Source: Podarcis filfolensis
Lineage: Eukaryota
Length of the DNA: 64,000 bases
Strand: one strand, 5' to 3'
Assembly (NCBI GenBank): GCA_964270895.1
Contig: OZ185450.1
Shown here: in pieces, positions 11,374-25,360 of the stretch
How positions within the stretch are numbered: position 1 is the first letter of the stretch
Layout of the letters: every line of letters starts with the position of its first letter
Translations under genes and position numbers: made by a program
The notes under the pieces: model-generated
Told to the model about the DNA's origin: nothing
The model's database searches: none
What the model saw: the letters and a program-made list of their open reading frames with translations, nothing else

Positions 11374-13889
11374 AAACAAAATCTTATTTTTAAAAAAATA
11401 ATTACAAAATAGGCATTTAAATAGAATCAATCGCCTATCTAAATATATTCTATCCTAAAATATGCTTTAAAAATATTTTGGTACATTGGAGTTGGGATGG
11501 AGCTTGGAATTGCACTGCAACATTCTGAAAGGTACTAAAAGGTACTAAATCCAAAGGATAATTAATTATGTTCTGATCCGTGTCTTAATCCAGGAGGTTC
11601 AAATTAGGTTGGATAGAGAATGAGGAATGAAAGTAATTTTCCTCCATCCTTCATCTCCCTGTGAGATCTTTCAAATCTTTCTCTCATGTCCAATAAGGTG
11701 TCACTGTCTCAAACCAGTCACTGTCTCAAACCAGTGACTGCAGCAGCAGAACCCAAGAGACTCACTCTTTGTGCTGCTGTGATATCATCATTGCACTTGT
11801 TGCCAGTTGTGAAGATAGCCAAAAGGTAGTAAGCGCCATTGGGCTTCCAATAGCTTATGTATACCTGTTGTGGGGGAGGAAGGGAAAGGAGAATGTTAGC
11901 CACTTTGAGACTCCTTAAAGAAAGTGAAAGGCGGGATATCAAATCCAAACTCTTCTTCTTCTTCCCTATCTTCCTGAGCTCAGGCCTGCTCACCTGCTTG
12001 ACAAGCTCCCTGGCTACTTACAACCTTGCTCCCAGCCCTGACATTTCCAGGGTTTGAAATGGGGTGCATATGTGGGTTGTGGGGTCAGGAAGATCCTGTG
12101 TACAATGAAACAGGTACAGCTCCAAGTGAATGGTATGTCCTATGCACAATACAGGAGGAGCATGGAGGGATAATTCTTGGGCCCAAGAGTTGCCCCCATT
12201 CTTAATGCACTGATTTGTTTTCATGGAAAAATAACACCAAAATTAGGCTCCCAGAGTCCTGAGTTTTTGTGCTCTCTTGGTTGCAGTGCAACTGACAAGA
12301 AATCAGCATTCCTCTGGCAAGCTGAAAACAGCACTAACAAAGACCTTATGATGCTGTTCTCTAGCCCCTGATTGGTAAAATGTAAGATCCACAAGTAAAA
12401 CTTCTTGTGACTTGAGGGCAGAAGCAGTCAAACCTTCCACAAGTGGGGAAGAGAGGAAAAAACTTCAGCCTCACTTTACTTGGTTAGCACCTGACTCAAC
12501 TGCTCAAGCCATAAATATTGTATTGCTGTATCCAATCTCAGTTTTGGATTGATTTTTCTCCAAGCCTGATCACAGTAAGCCCGAATGATAGGATTATTGT
12601 TCGGAGCAATCACTGCCCAGCAATTCCTTCCAGCTGCTTCCACATGCTGGCAAATAGACAGCTCCCAGTTCCATTTTGCAAGCAGTGGGACATCTGTGGG
12701 CTTTTTTTTATTTTATTGTGCTCACCTGAAAATTGATATGGTACAGAAAACAGTTTGAGAGGATGAATTGGAGGCTCCCGGTCTAAAGTGTCCTTAGGTC
12801 TTGTGGGAGGGCTGACTCCTCTATATATCCTTATGGAACTTTTGCTGGGTAAGGGCCCATCAGGTTTGACTGGCAGAGAAAGGGATGGAGGGGGAAGTGT
12901 TCAGAATGCAGAGACCAGGTAGCTAAGTTCATAGAGCTGATTGAACCTCACTAGTGCTTAAAGATCTAGTTTTTACCTTTAAAGTCCTAAACCTGGGATA
13001 AGGCACACACAGGCTGCTGGCCTAATTCTGCCCACAGAAAAACTTCTTAAAGGGATTGGGGTGGGGGGTGGTACCCTCCAAACCATTGGTGGTTGAACGG
13101 AAAGGGTCATAATGTTGTGCAAAGTGCAATTGCAGCTTCTGACTCTGCAAAAAAGATCAAAGCAGAGAGGAAAACTTCTGAGCAGATTTGTGTTTTGCAT
13201 TCCTCACAAATGTATCATGCCTTTTGCAATTGCATGGATGCAATTTTGGGGGGATTCAATAGCAATTTGAAGTTAAAGGTTTGAGCAACTGCGAGGCAGG
13301 ACTTGCTGTTCAGCTGTGCACCAGTCTTTTATTTTCATTCTTCTGTTGGGATTACTGAGCGCTTTTGCCTTTTGCACAGTCAGAACAGATAAGGGCGTTG
13401 GTTGGAAGATCCTTTCCGTCTCCTTCAAAATGTGCAAAGACAAAGAAAGTTTATGGAGAAAATGGAAGGTGAAATTTGAGGGGAGTTATTAAGAAGTAAA
13501 TATCTGTATCTATTTCTGTGTATGCTCCTGTGTTTGTTAAGGGTTTGTGATTGTGTGTGTACCTGCCCACCCAAATCTGGCTCCACCCACTGCTGGAATG
13601 CATTCACTCTAAGCAATTTCTGGCTGTAGTATTGTGCCCCCCAACCCAGTTGTCTGCCCTGAACAACCTAGGCTTGGGCTCCTCAAAGCACATCCTTCTC
13701 TTATGACTTATGTGAACCTACCTACATGTTAAGAAATTTCATTGAGGCCCAAATTTGAGTGTCCCATCTTCTGAGGTGAGGTGGTTGGCTGCTGGAGAGG
13801 GAGTACTTTTGGTGGTGACATTGAATAATCTCTCTGCCGACAGAATAATCCAGTGCACATCTATAGCCAGTGTGTCACTTTTACCTCTG

Positions 13890-14400
13890 TTCATCCATAA
13901 GTCTGTGCCATTCCATTTCCATATTATTTTGCATTTTATCTTTAAACCCATTTTCTCTCAAAATACTTACATTTTAGCTATTCATTTTTTGTTATCTTAT
14001 GACTGTGTCAGAACTAGGGGTGGAGGAGAATTTCATTCAGTTCACAGAGAGCTTAACCTAAGTTCTAATACATTGATTGGAGCATATTTATGTTTTAGAT
14101 TTTGCTCTTCTCCCAGTGTTTCCATGTATTTTTGGGCTCAAAGGCATAAAAATGTTATAGTGAGATGAAATACATTTAGAGTGTGTACACTGAGATAAAA
14201 TACACACACAGTTATTTTGGGATAAAAAACATATTGAAATATAGGTCCATAAACAGGGTGGAATAGACTTGTGAATGAACACATGTGAAGCTGACATGGA
14301 CCGGAATGAATTTATTAATGAGCATGTGGGAAATTGACACACACTGGAAATAGGCTGGTCTTTCCATCCCTATTCAGAGCATTCAATGAGCAGAAACTGC
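13890..14400. repeat. AT-rich dispersed repeat family A
   Basis: Degraded similarity to the other family A copies. Confidence 0.4.
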
Positions 14401-14748
14401 AAGTTGTTAAGTGAGCCCTAATCTTCACATTACTCTGGAAGGGATGAACGAGGTCAATTCCTATCAGAGTTGACAAAGATCGAATTTCTCAAATATCTCT
14501 ATCCCTCTCTGGATATACTCAACAATGACTTACCCATCTAATATTGACTGAGTGATTGATTTTGAAAAGTTTTTATACACCTCCCTCTTGCAAAACATCA
14601 GATTGGTGTAGCAACATTAAAATAATCCCTTTAAAGGCAACAGAAAACAGTCATTCTAATTACTGGCTGCAGTTTTTCCCAAATAAAAACAACTGCATAG
14701 GTCTCCATCACTGAAACCCTTAGTTGCTGCCTGGTACATCAACCACCA

Positions 14749-14824
14749 AGACAGGAGTGCCTGGCGTGCTCTGGTCCATGGGGTCACGAAGAGTCGGACA
14801 CGACTAAACGGCTAAACAACAACA
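14749..14824 (+). mobile_element. RTE-BovB LINE 3' end
   Basis: ggagtgcctggcgtgctctggtccatggggtcacgaagagtcggacacgactaaacg plus (aac)n; flanked by acatcaaccacca (14736-14748) and acataaaccacca (14825-14837). Confidence 0.85.
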
Positions 14825-15499
14825 ACATAAACCACCATAGACATACTCCTAGCCTAGTGGTCCTCCAGAGAGCTCCTCTCCCACTCAGAAGCTTGGCCCA
14901 AGGCAATGTGGTTTGTTATTTGCAGGGTCCACTGCAGAAGTCTAGCTAAGCAAATGCTTGCCAGTTCTGGCTTGAGCGTTTTTCGAATTTTGGAATCTGG
15001 AATCGGCACCAGGCTCGAAATGAAGTGAGGCAATATCACCCTTCCTCCAGCAAAGCACTTTAGAAGAACTGTATGTATATGGCGCTAGCTTCCTCGGCAT
15101 TTTCACTCCAGCAGACACATTGGCTTTCTGCACCTGGCATTCATTTGGCCCTCACCACCTGTCAAAAGCTGTTTAGGCTTCTAAATGCCTCCTTCTTGGA
15201 AAGTCGCTCCCATCCCTGAGGCCTCAGTCGCCTGGTTTTGAGAACATAAACAACAGTCTTTGCCGAGGCTCCAAATTAAATCAAAATCTAAACACCTGAG
15301 CTAATGGGCAACTTGGCTGAAAGGAGCTGGCACCTGGAACTCAGTATTGCTCCTCCCTTAATGGATTAATGCGAAGGAACCTCAGCATGTTGTGAAATTC
15401 CTTTTAAAAAAATATTCGTGCTTTTCAGGTTTATGCATTTCCCTAATTTTACAATCATTTTAACACTTCAAAACTTGACTTCCTTCCCCCTCTTTCTGC

Positions 15500-15830
15500 A
15501 GTTCCTTAAATTTATTTTTAATACCTTCTGCATGTCCAAATTAACATAATTTATGCATTTATTCATCTACTTTAAATGTATACTCTTACAAAACTACAGG
15601 TTATTACAATAATCCTGCCAATGTGCTTATCGGTTTGCAATTTATGCATAAATATTGAATAAACCACCTCCATTCTTTTATGAAAACTGTTATCTTGATT
15701 TCTTATTCTTCCGGTAAGTTTTGCCATTTCTGCACATTCCATAAGTTTTTCTATCCATTCTTCCTTTGCTGGGACTTCTGCTTCTTTCCATTTTGGGGCG
15801 AATGACATTCTTGCCGGCACGTTGCGAAAT
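15500..15830 (-). mobile_element. L1 ORF2 C-terminal fragment and 3'UTR
   Basis: ORF 15572-15820 (ARMSFAPKWKEAEVPAKEEWIEKLMECAEMAKLTGRIRNQD) is homologous to the 34306-34575 and 41187-41444 peptides. Confidence 0.8.
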
Positions 15831-18800
15831 TCCTCATTGCTTCAGATTTCTTTCTCCTCTCTTGCAATGCTTAATGGTTCTGTCCACTTCTGCCCTCTTG
15901 GAGGACATTCCCTTTGTCAAAACTCAGCTACTACTCTGAGTGTGTGGTGCATTGTGTGTGTGTGCTTGTTTATGTATGTTCGGAGGCAGTAGTTCCAAGA
16001 AGTGATTTCCAAGCTCAAGTAGCAACCCCAGATGAATTGGAATATTCTGAAACAGCCACAGCTATGGAGGGATGCTGCCTGGATTTCACTATTATGCAAG
16101 GTGCACTTGAATGACACTTGAGAGATCTGGGTTTGGCCCCATGGGACCTTTTACATAAGTCTGCTTCTCACACTGCGAGGTTACTAAATTATACTCAGGG
16201 CTATGCACTCTCACACACAGATTCAGAGCAAAACTCACGCAAGACTAACTTTGATGTAGTGAACAAAAGTATTGTACAGAGATTTGATTGCATCGTTGCA
16301 GAAATGGGAATACTTTGCTAAGGCGGGGGGGGGGGTCCAAAAAGGAGGAGAGAAATGGGGCTATAGGCATATCAGGAGCAAGCAGAATCAGTTGTAGAAA
16401 GTATGAACTCACCTCCCTGAGAGCTGCAATTACTCTAATAGAGCCATAACTGCCTGCTGTACATGCTTCATTATTCTACTGTTGCTCGTCATATGTTTTG
16501 CAAAGTTTAAGGGTACCTCTCCCCCCCAAAAAATCCAACCCTTATTGCCAAGAGATAGTAGCAAAATGAAGACAAAAGAGTGTACACAGTAGAATGGGCC
16601 ACAGTTGCCAATTGTGCCCACCATCTCACCTATAGAGAATGCCATGATGAGACAAAGGCTGGAAAACAAGTTATCGAAGGTTGCCAACCATGCATTATTT
16701 TAGAAGAATGGACAGCATGTGTGCCAAATAATTGGTATTCTGGTTTGAAAAGCCAGTAAATAAGCCAGATTCTTCCAGGCTTCATCTGTAACCTGCTTCA
16801 CTGAGCCAATGTTGAACAGCGGCTAATCTCTGCCATGAGAGGGAAGAAAAACTTTCTGTTCTGCTGTAGGGGACCTCCCACTCCTCAATCATTTCATGTG
16901 GGGGTGAGGATGAAAATTGGGGTAGGGTGTGGCTTGGAAGAGGAGGGCATGGCTTCAGGGGAGCGCGGGGGCCTTTATGAAGAGGTCAGGCAAGCCAGAT
17001 TGGGTCCACAGTTTGCAAGTTAGCCTTCCCTGGGTAATAGAGCGCCAAGGAGAACAGGTTCAAATACATGCTCAATCACAAATCTCATCAGTGACCTCAC
17101 ACTCCCTCAACCTAACTTACTTCATGGAATTGTTTGGAAAATAAAAGGTAGGACCTGAGATCTAAGCTTTTTTTCTTTCTTTTTTTAAGGAAAGGACACT
17201 CTTTTCCCTCCTCCTCCTCCTCTTCTTCTCCATTCACGTCTCAAGCCCCCACAATTTATTTTTTTAATCAGTACATGGCAATTGTAGAGTAGTCAGATTG
17301 CTGCTAGTCCTTCCCATCATGGTGCTATCAGAATCTGTAACCAAATGCTCCCTTTCCTACTTCATTTCAGTGTCCGTAGTTACTGCATTAACAAGGGATA
17401 CCCATGGGGAACTGCTAAATGGCAAGAGCTTACAGTGTGGAAAAGATCCTTGATGTCTTTCTCAAAGCCCCAGGCTATTTCTTGGCTCTTTACAGCCACC
17501 CCTATTCCAGTACAGCCCTTCTGTGCTTGGGGCAGACAGAGTGTTGGATTCAGGACTCAGAATGATGGGAGTTCCAGCTCTACGGTGTTTCCCAAAGGGT
17601 CCCTGGTTGCATTGGGTGGGGAGGGGGCAGAGCTGACTCTACTTTCAGAGACAGGAACCACCAAGTGCTAACACTGTGTGGCACAGACCAATGTATATTT
17701 AATCACCTGTCATCGAGGGACAATTGTCAGCAGCACAGCCGCTCGTAAGGAGGAAAGAGTCTGGGTTGCTCAGCCACTTATGAATGGACAGGAGCCAATG
17801 AATTTGTAGGTCAGAAGTGCATCCCTTGCTGCACAAAACATAACCTTATATTACCATGCACCAATTAATCTAGAATTATGGTCACTACTGATTCCCATTG
17901 CAGTTCGCCTTTTGCTCACAAGCATGCACTGAAAGGGCAGAGAAATAATCACACACTTATGCTTCATTTTTACCACTTTGGATGCAGGCAGGATGAAAGA
18001 AGGAGAAGTTGAAATGTCCTTCACACATCCATGTTACATGAGTTTGAGCACTGGAAGAGTAAATCACAGGAGGAGGCAGAATCCTGATGTGATCGTGCAA
18101 TCACATCAAGATTCCTTTTTAGGCTGATTTAATCAGCACCCATATGCACATCAGTGTGCATCTGCAATTTGCATGTAATACATATAGGGGGGTGGAAGAT
18201 TGCAGCAAGTTGTCTTCATTGCAATTCCAAAGTTAATTTTAGAAGTTCCCCACATTAACCCCAAAGGCAGGTGGGGCTGAGTATGAAGCAGAATGAAGTC
18301 ATGGAAATAATAATTGAACAGAATGAGGAAAGTCTGCTCATCCCTGATGTACTGAGGTTACGCCTGTTACTTCAGAGAATCTCCAAATCATGAAGACAAA
18401 GAGTCTGGTCCATCCACTCCTGTTAAGTCTTCTGTATCTGCCAAGGACCACAGGTTAGGTCATTAACCTGTGGCCTGCCAGATGTTGTTAGACTCTGCTA
18501 GCCTGGCCAATGGTAAGATGGGAGATGATGACCCTTGAAGGGCCATCACTTAGCCATTCCTGTGTTACAGCATATGGGGAAAATGCTAGTGACCATATTT
18601 TGCATTTGCTACAAAAGGCAGGGCAAACTTTCTTCCCTTGCAATGTTAGTCTGTATGAAATGTGTAGCACTCTGTCATTAGAAACAAGCAATCCCGCTCA
18701 CATGGGATTCTGGGCATTTCCTCCTAATTGCTCAAAAATCTTAGTGTACAGTATTCTCTGTCATTATAATATCATCAGTCATATTATCCCCACATTTCAG

Positions 18801-19699
18801 ATTTCAGCCTATTGTGCTTCCCTGTCTTAGCAAGCAGCCACAAGGCTGATCAAATGCTTCAAGCATCCCCCTGTCCTGTGGTCTTCACCAACCCTTTGAG
18901 CAAGCAGGTGGATTTTCACCCACACATTGAAACTAGGTATAATTGCCCAAAAGTGAGACACAGAACGTGGAATAGTTTTCAGATGTTACCTTAATAATAT
19001 TATATAACCTGCTGTAGGGTCATTTTCTACCACTGTAACCGTATCAGAAATCAGATGCCCTTATTGCCGCACCCTAGTGACACTACTCTGCATTCAGAGA
19101 TGCTGTTTCCATCTCTCATCCTATATCGCTCCACCAACAAACTCAGATGTGTTATCAGGCATATACAATCCTATACTGAAGCCAATCTTCCACTGAACAG
19201 GCGAGCTGCCTGTGCCATGAAATTATCCCAATAAAAGAGTACTTTGTTGAGCAGCCCTCTTGGGCGACACTTCTTTGCTGCTCCAACTCTGCTTAAATTT
19301 ACTTCCCTCCACGCTCTTTTTATTTACCACACAAAGCTTTGCTCTCTTTCCTGATGCTTTTAGGAGATATTATATCACTCAAATTTATAGCCTTCTTCAG
19401 GCAGCCTACCTTTTTTCACACAACGCCGAGGGATTCTCCCCCCCCCCCCTTAAGCCAACAACTGAAGAGTTAGCTTGAGTGTTTCAGGGTTTGCCCATTG
19501 TCAGGGAGCAAGAACTGTGATAGCAATATCCTTTGGATTGATCATATATGTCCCTACAATTTTCTGCTCCAAGGCCCAGAAAAACAACTTGTAGCAAAAG
19601 CCCCTGCCGTCTAGGGGAAAAGAAAAGAAAAAACACACTGAAGAAAGGAGAGGGGAATGCAGAAGGATTCAGGGAAAAAATGAAAATAAAAGATCTCAC

Positions 19700-21100
19700 T
19701 TCAATAAGGACACTAATGCAGACTGCAGCCAAGATGGCCCCACCTTCAAAAGAGACCTCTTCCTTGTTGGAGAAAGCAAATGGTAACAACATAGTAAGAG
19801 AAGAATTTTCAGCAGATCAAAGAAGCCACGAATACTTCCAATGGGAACGAAACTGACAGAACTTAACGCAAGGCATGATGCTTTAATAGAAATAGCTACA
19901 GCCACAAAAGAATTAAGACAAATCCATGGCAAAAAGATTTTAAAAAGTATGTAGATATATGCAACAGTCTTGGAGATACAGGAAATGGTAGTAAGATATT
20001 TTACTTTTGTTTTGCTTCTTTGGTTTTTGAAGAGGGAGTGGAAGAGAATGATCTTGAGCAACTCATTGCTTCATGGCTTGGATCACTGCTTCCAGTCTTC
20101 ATAATCTCTGCTGATAATTTTGATTGGACACAGAGTGCTTGAGCCCAGACTGCAGGAGGGAGCTCTGTCCCACCATTATATAATTGTCTGATTTGGCCAT
20201 TAAAGGAAGAAGGAGGAAGTGTGGAACAAAGTGAGGAACCTAATATCCACAAGTTATTAAAAAAAAACAGCCCAGTTATGGCAATACAGGATCTGGCTTC
20301 TGAAACACTTTTAAAAAGGGGGAAGGAATCTACGTGCTTGTATGATTAAACTGCAAAAAGCTGGAATTAAATATCACTGAGGCTTCCCCTTCCGTCTTAT
20401 TGTCATGAGAGGATCAACCCGGCTCACAGCAACAGACTGGAAGCAACAGATCCTCTCAACACTCTCGGAATCAACCTGCCTCTGGAATGGCAGCAAGGAG
20501 GCAACGGAGGAAGAGCACACTGAACTTTCTGATGGAGGTTGGGAGTATGCAAACAGGAAGCTGGTAGTGATTCATCCTGGCACCTCACCATCTTGCTGGA
20601 GGGGCTGTCCCACTCAGTACATACCACTTCACATGGTGGGAATGTGCAAGAATCCAGCCTTTCTGGAATCCGCTATTTCAAGGAATAAAACCACAAAACA
20701 ACAATTGGAAGACAACCCAGAATTAGATTTATTAAATATATTTCAAGACAACAACCTGGATTTACATAATAAAGAATTAATAAGCCATTTAATACAAAAT
20801 GTGAGATGCAACATAACTAGACAGTGGAAAGACCTTTTCCGGCACCGTGTTAGGCAATTGATACATAACAGCTCCCCTTGAGAGATTAACAAATAAACTA
20901 TGGCTGACATGTGGACAGATCAAGAAAGATGGCTTTACCCTAGTGTGGTATAATTTCTTAACATATGCCAGTATTCCAGAAAATGAACAATCAATCAGCA
21001 TTTGGCTCAATCTGGTTGATTTAAATGTTAGTGTAAATGTAAATTATTATCTTCACTTTGAACACTCCTCCCACGTTCATCAATAGACCAATACTTTATA
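19700..21100 (+). mobile_element. Degraded L1: ORF1 joined to ORF2 C-terminus, EN/RT absent
   Basis: Frameshifted peptides KLTELNARHDALIEIATATKEL (coiled coil), FEEGVEENDLEQLIASWL, GHRVLEPR..HYIIV*F..KKEEVWNKVRNL, IQDLASETLLKR..GIKYH*GFPFRLIV (ORF1 RRM/CTD), then CWRGC..TWWECARIQPFW..DNPELDLLNIF..ELISHL..RQWKD (ORF2 C-terminus). Confidence 0.75.
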
Positions 21101-24100
21101 TTGTTTCACTGGTAACATAAAGAGGGAAAATGACTATTACTCATACTTAATCTAAACATAATCACAAGGACTCCTGATCAGGTGGTGGTGTGTTATCTGT
21201 GAACTGTGTTGTATCCTGTTTCATCTTTGCTTTTGTTTAAACCAATTCATGAATCAAGGGCTTATGCATTTACCACTAATAATGAACTGCATGTGAATTG
21301 CGTATTCATATACATGGTAAGACATTCAAACAGCCAGTAAGGTTGTCAGTAGTATGGTTTGATCTATGGTGAAACACTGCAAGTCATTGCACAAACTGTT
21401 GTGTGTATTGCAGTGATTCAAAACCTGCATGATGATGGTCTTCTGCTTTTGAGCGAGGGAATTATGGACAGTAGCCCAGGTCTATGCCTTTGAACAGGGA
21501 ACAGTGCCCTCTTTAACATGCATAATGCAATCGTCTATATGGAAATAGGGGAAAGATGAAATCCTATTAGTTCAGATTCACGTATTTGCTTTGCAAATGA
21601 AGGCCCTCAACGTATGATCTCCCAGGATGCCTGGCTTGCCCGGATGCCCTGCCACCAGCAAGGACACTGAGAGCAGCTGCCAGGCTCTGCTGCCCAATGG
21701 GCTTCTGGGAATAACTTGGTTCCAGTTCAGATCCTCTTTCAAATTGAATGGACATCCCAAAGAGACAACTCCAAAATGGAGCTTATTTTGATAGATGCAC
21801 AGAATATTGCAACAAATAAATAAGTGCAAACACTCTCACTTAAACCATAACTCTCTGTGTTATTTCTCTTTTGGATAGAGCTTGTGCAAAATTCACTGCT
21901 ATATTTGTGGTCAGAGACATTAAGGAGCGTGTCACTAAATTTATCCAGGGGGAGGAGAAATTCAACTACAGTTTTATTAGGGTTGGGACAAAAGTTGCTG
22001 CAAGTTGCATATTTGTCTGTGGTCAGGAAGGGAAATTGGTCCAGGGACTACAATGGATATTATTCATTCATGTTGTTATCCCACACTTCCCAGTGCATTT
22101 TCATATCATTTTCCTTATTGCAAAAAAGTCACAGGGTGTGTGCATTGTGCAAGAGCACCAAATCAAGTGTAATTGCACCATCTGCATTTGCAGGTATGTG
22201 GCTGCATCCCACCTGAAGCTAACAACTGTCTGGAAGCACCCTAGGGAAGGAGGGAAATTAATACCTCGTCCTTTTTCTAGCGGAGCCTCGTTGAATATTC
22301 TCCCGCCTTGTCATGTAACGGGAGAGGGAAAAAAGTTCGTGGCATTGGGATTATAAGTGAACAAATGGCCTTTGCGCTTATCGAGTGCCTCTGCTCTGCT
22401 TGGGCATTTAATCACCTGCAAAAGCCATTTATGGCCTCGTATACTCCTCTTCTATGAACATTAGCTCTTAAATGCCCAGCATAATTAAAGGTGAAACGGC
22501 AGTGGCTGTGCTGGGCTTCCTATCCAAAGAAGGATAACAGATGAGGTAGGAGTTCTGATGGAGTTCAAGGTGAGCGCCGTAAAGCCTCTTTTCTGCCTGT
22601 GTCAGGGACATTATTTTAAGAATGTATAATTCCGCTCTCGGAAAAAATTGAGGCTGGCTCGAATAATAATTCAGAGTTAATGAACTTAGAGTTATGGCCC
22701 TGGATCCGAGTTTTCCCTCTATGCCTCCTTCCGTAGCCAATTTGGCTTGTCACTTGTTGGAGGAGGGTATTGAAATGACCAAAAAGGTTTGCAGAGAAAT
22801 TATCGAAGCCTGGTTCTTTTCCGCTTTCCGTTATTTTACAATATTTTATTTTATTTTTTTAAGACAGAGGAGTTAAATCATATGATGAGTTTGGAAATAA
22901 TCTATCGGGTCTCTTGTTCAAGACCTTTCACATTAGCATCGAGACAGGGAATAGCTTGCTGTTGGCTCGAAGTTAATGCTAAATGATAGTACGAATATTA
23001 GCCCCAGTTAGCATCAGTGCCTGGCAACTATTGAGTCTTCAGCAAATCACAGCTAGGGAGAAGAGGAGAATATCTGGAATGGCCTGTGCCCTCCAAGGAT
23101 CTGCATTGGAGCTAATTGTTATTTAACTGAAGGTGACTAGCAGGTTCAGCTCACTGGGTGGGGTGGAGCAGCTATGCTAGCTCCCTGGCAGGTGGGTCAC
23201 TGCTGCATACCAAGAGGAGCGAGGTGGCAGGCAGGTTGGTGCAGTGCAAATGCACCAGCAGGAGCACTGCTCTGCTGGTGTCATGCACCTCACCTATCTT
23301 CCCACTGCTTCACCCTTCCCATTAATCACCAGCAGCACCCCCAGTCAGCTGGCTAGCATAGGAGTTCAGCCCCACCCTGTAAGTCCATCTGCCATTCACT
23401 CTCAGCTAGAGAACAATTAACTCCTCTCTTTTAATCATTTACTGGTCCATAAGGTGAACTTTGCTCTTCTCCTGAAACTGTCACATTTCAGTAGAAGACT
23501 TTGGCAATGGACTCTGGCCATCAAGATACACAGTATCCTCTGTATCACCCCTACTGACGTGTTTGTGGATACTGCAACATGAAAACATATTTTATTGTGG
23601 GGGTTGAAGGGACCTGGGACCCTAGGAGTTGGAGCCTATGGGAGTGGGGAAGCTGTTGCTGGACTGCAACTCCCATCATCCCAGACCACTGGTCATCTTG
23701 GCTGGGGCTAATGGGAACTGAAGTCCAGAAAAAAGGGCCAGGGGTTCTTTATACATGAACTAGAGTTTACACAAACCATAGTTCCAGGAGTTCAAATGTG
23801 ACTGACAACTGTGGCTTGTTTAAAATCTTCTGATGGCTTCCTCTTGCATGGGGGACCTTGCGAGCCTTAGGCCTGCCATGACTATATCTGAATCAGGCCA
23901 AAAGAGCCTCTTTGCAGAAGCGATGTTGATTCTTTCTGTATATCCTTAATACTGAAGCGGTTCTAGGCTACTCCATTTCATCAATTGCTGCAGAAAAAGC
24001 AACTTGGCTAGCTGGCCTCCTATTTGCCGGTGTGATGTGTACATCGCTGACAGATCCTTTAAAAAAGGTTATCACTTAGCATTTTAGTCACACATCTTGC

Positions 24101-25129
24101 AGATCATTTTCAGAATCATGACCTGTTTCTGGATATTCTGGGAGCGGAGAGGGAGTTAAATCAGTCAGCTAAACAATTTATGGTTAATTGTTTGTTCAGC
24201 TTCACTTGTTTCTGGGCCCTGGTAGGTCCCACCTGGAGTCAGGGAGAAATTGGTTTCTCCATTAGCTTTTCCCAGCACTCTGTCCCTTTTATTGAGTGTT
24301 TTTCTAAAGGTAGGTAGGTTCACTTTAGATTGAATTTCAGGCTTGGCTGATCTTGCAGGAAAAGCAACCTCCATAAATATGGTTGCAGGTGCTCTTGATG
24401 TGGAGAATGCTGGTGTCTGGGCTTGGAAAACAGGTCAATGGGTCATCTCTGCAGCAGGCCTTTCAGAGCAGGAGCAGATTACACTGGTTAGTGGGAGAGT
24501 TTTCAAAACTGAGGTAAACCACAGGGTTTTGAGCCTTCCTCACATCGTAAGTAGTGCTAAGCAAGCTCTGACTGCCATCAACAGAGTGTGGGAGCACCAC
24601 ACCTCTGAATCAGAGGTCCAATCTGTGCAAATTAGTGCATTGCTGAATCCTGCCCACTACAAAAGAGGCCTATTTTCTTTCTTGCCACCTTCACAAGCAG
24701 AGGGATAATTTTGCAAGAATTTTTGTCGGATAAGACAGTGTGGTGCATACCTAATAAACCCAAGAAGGTTGCTGAGGGACCTGGTTTTGATTTGGGGGTT
24801 GTTGGTTTTTAATAAGCGCAACTGTGATTTCTGAAAGCCCCGTGCTCACTCACAGTGGCCAACCCAAAGTGACCATATGAAGTTGTGTGATTGAAATGTC
24901 ATACCAGGAAAGCTGGAAGCAGGTATGCATGGAGTTCTGTGCCAGTATGAATGCACACATGACCTTTATAAAACATGACTGCTGAGCCGGGGTGGGTGGG
25001 TAGGCTGTGGCAGGGAGATTCCTTGGCCATTTCATTCTGCTCACAAGGTAAACACAGCTCCCATCCTGTGAAGTTCTACCTCCCTCTCATTTAAACAAAC
25101 ATATTCACTTCAGAGCTCTTCTCAATAAA

Positions 25130-25360
25130 GAGCCAATGTGGTATAGTGGTTAGAATGTTGGACTAGGACCTGGGAGACCAGGGTTCAAATCCCCACTTGG
25201 CCAAGAAGCCCATATGGTGAACTTAGGCCAGTCACTGTCTCTCAGCCTATCCTACCTCACAGGGTTGTTGGTATTAAATAAGTATGGCAGGGGAACCATT
25301 TATGCCACCTTGAACTCCTTGGAAGAAAAGGTGGGATACAAATGGAATAAATAAATAAAA
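25130..25360 (+). mobile_element. tRNA-derived CORE-SINE (MIR-like)
   Basis: A box tggtatagtgg, B box ggttcaaatcc, CORE ctcagcctatcctacctcacagggttgtt, (aata)n tail. Confidence 0.8.

Noticed and set aside
22931-22989. miR-155-like ttaatgctaa within an imperfect hairpin
   Set aside because: The match breaks down after 10 nt, lies on the 3' arm, and the stem has large asymmetric bulges
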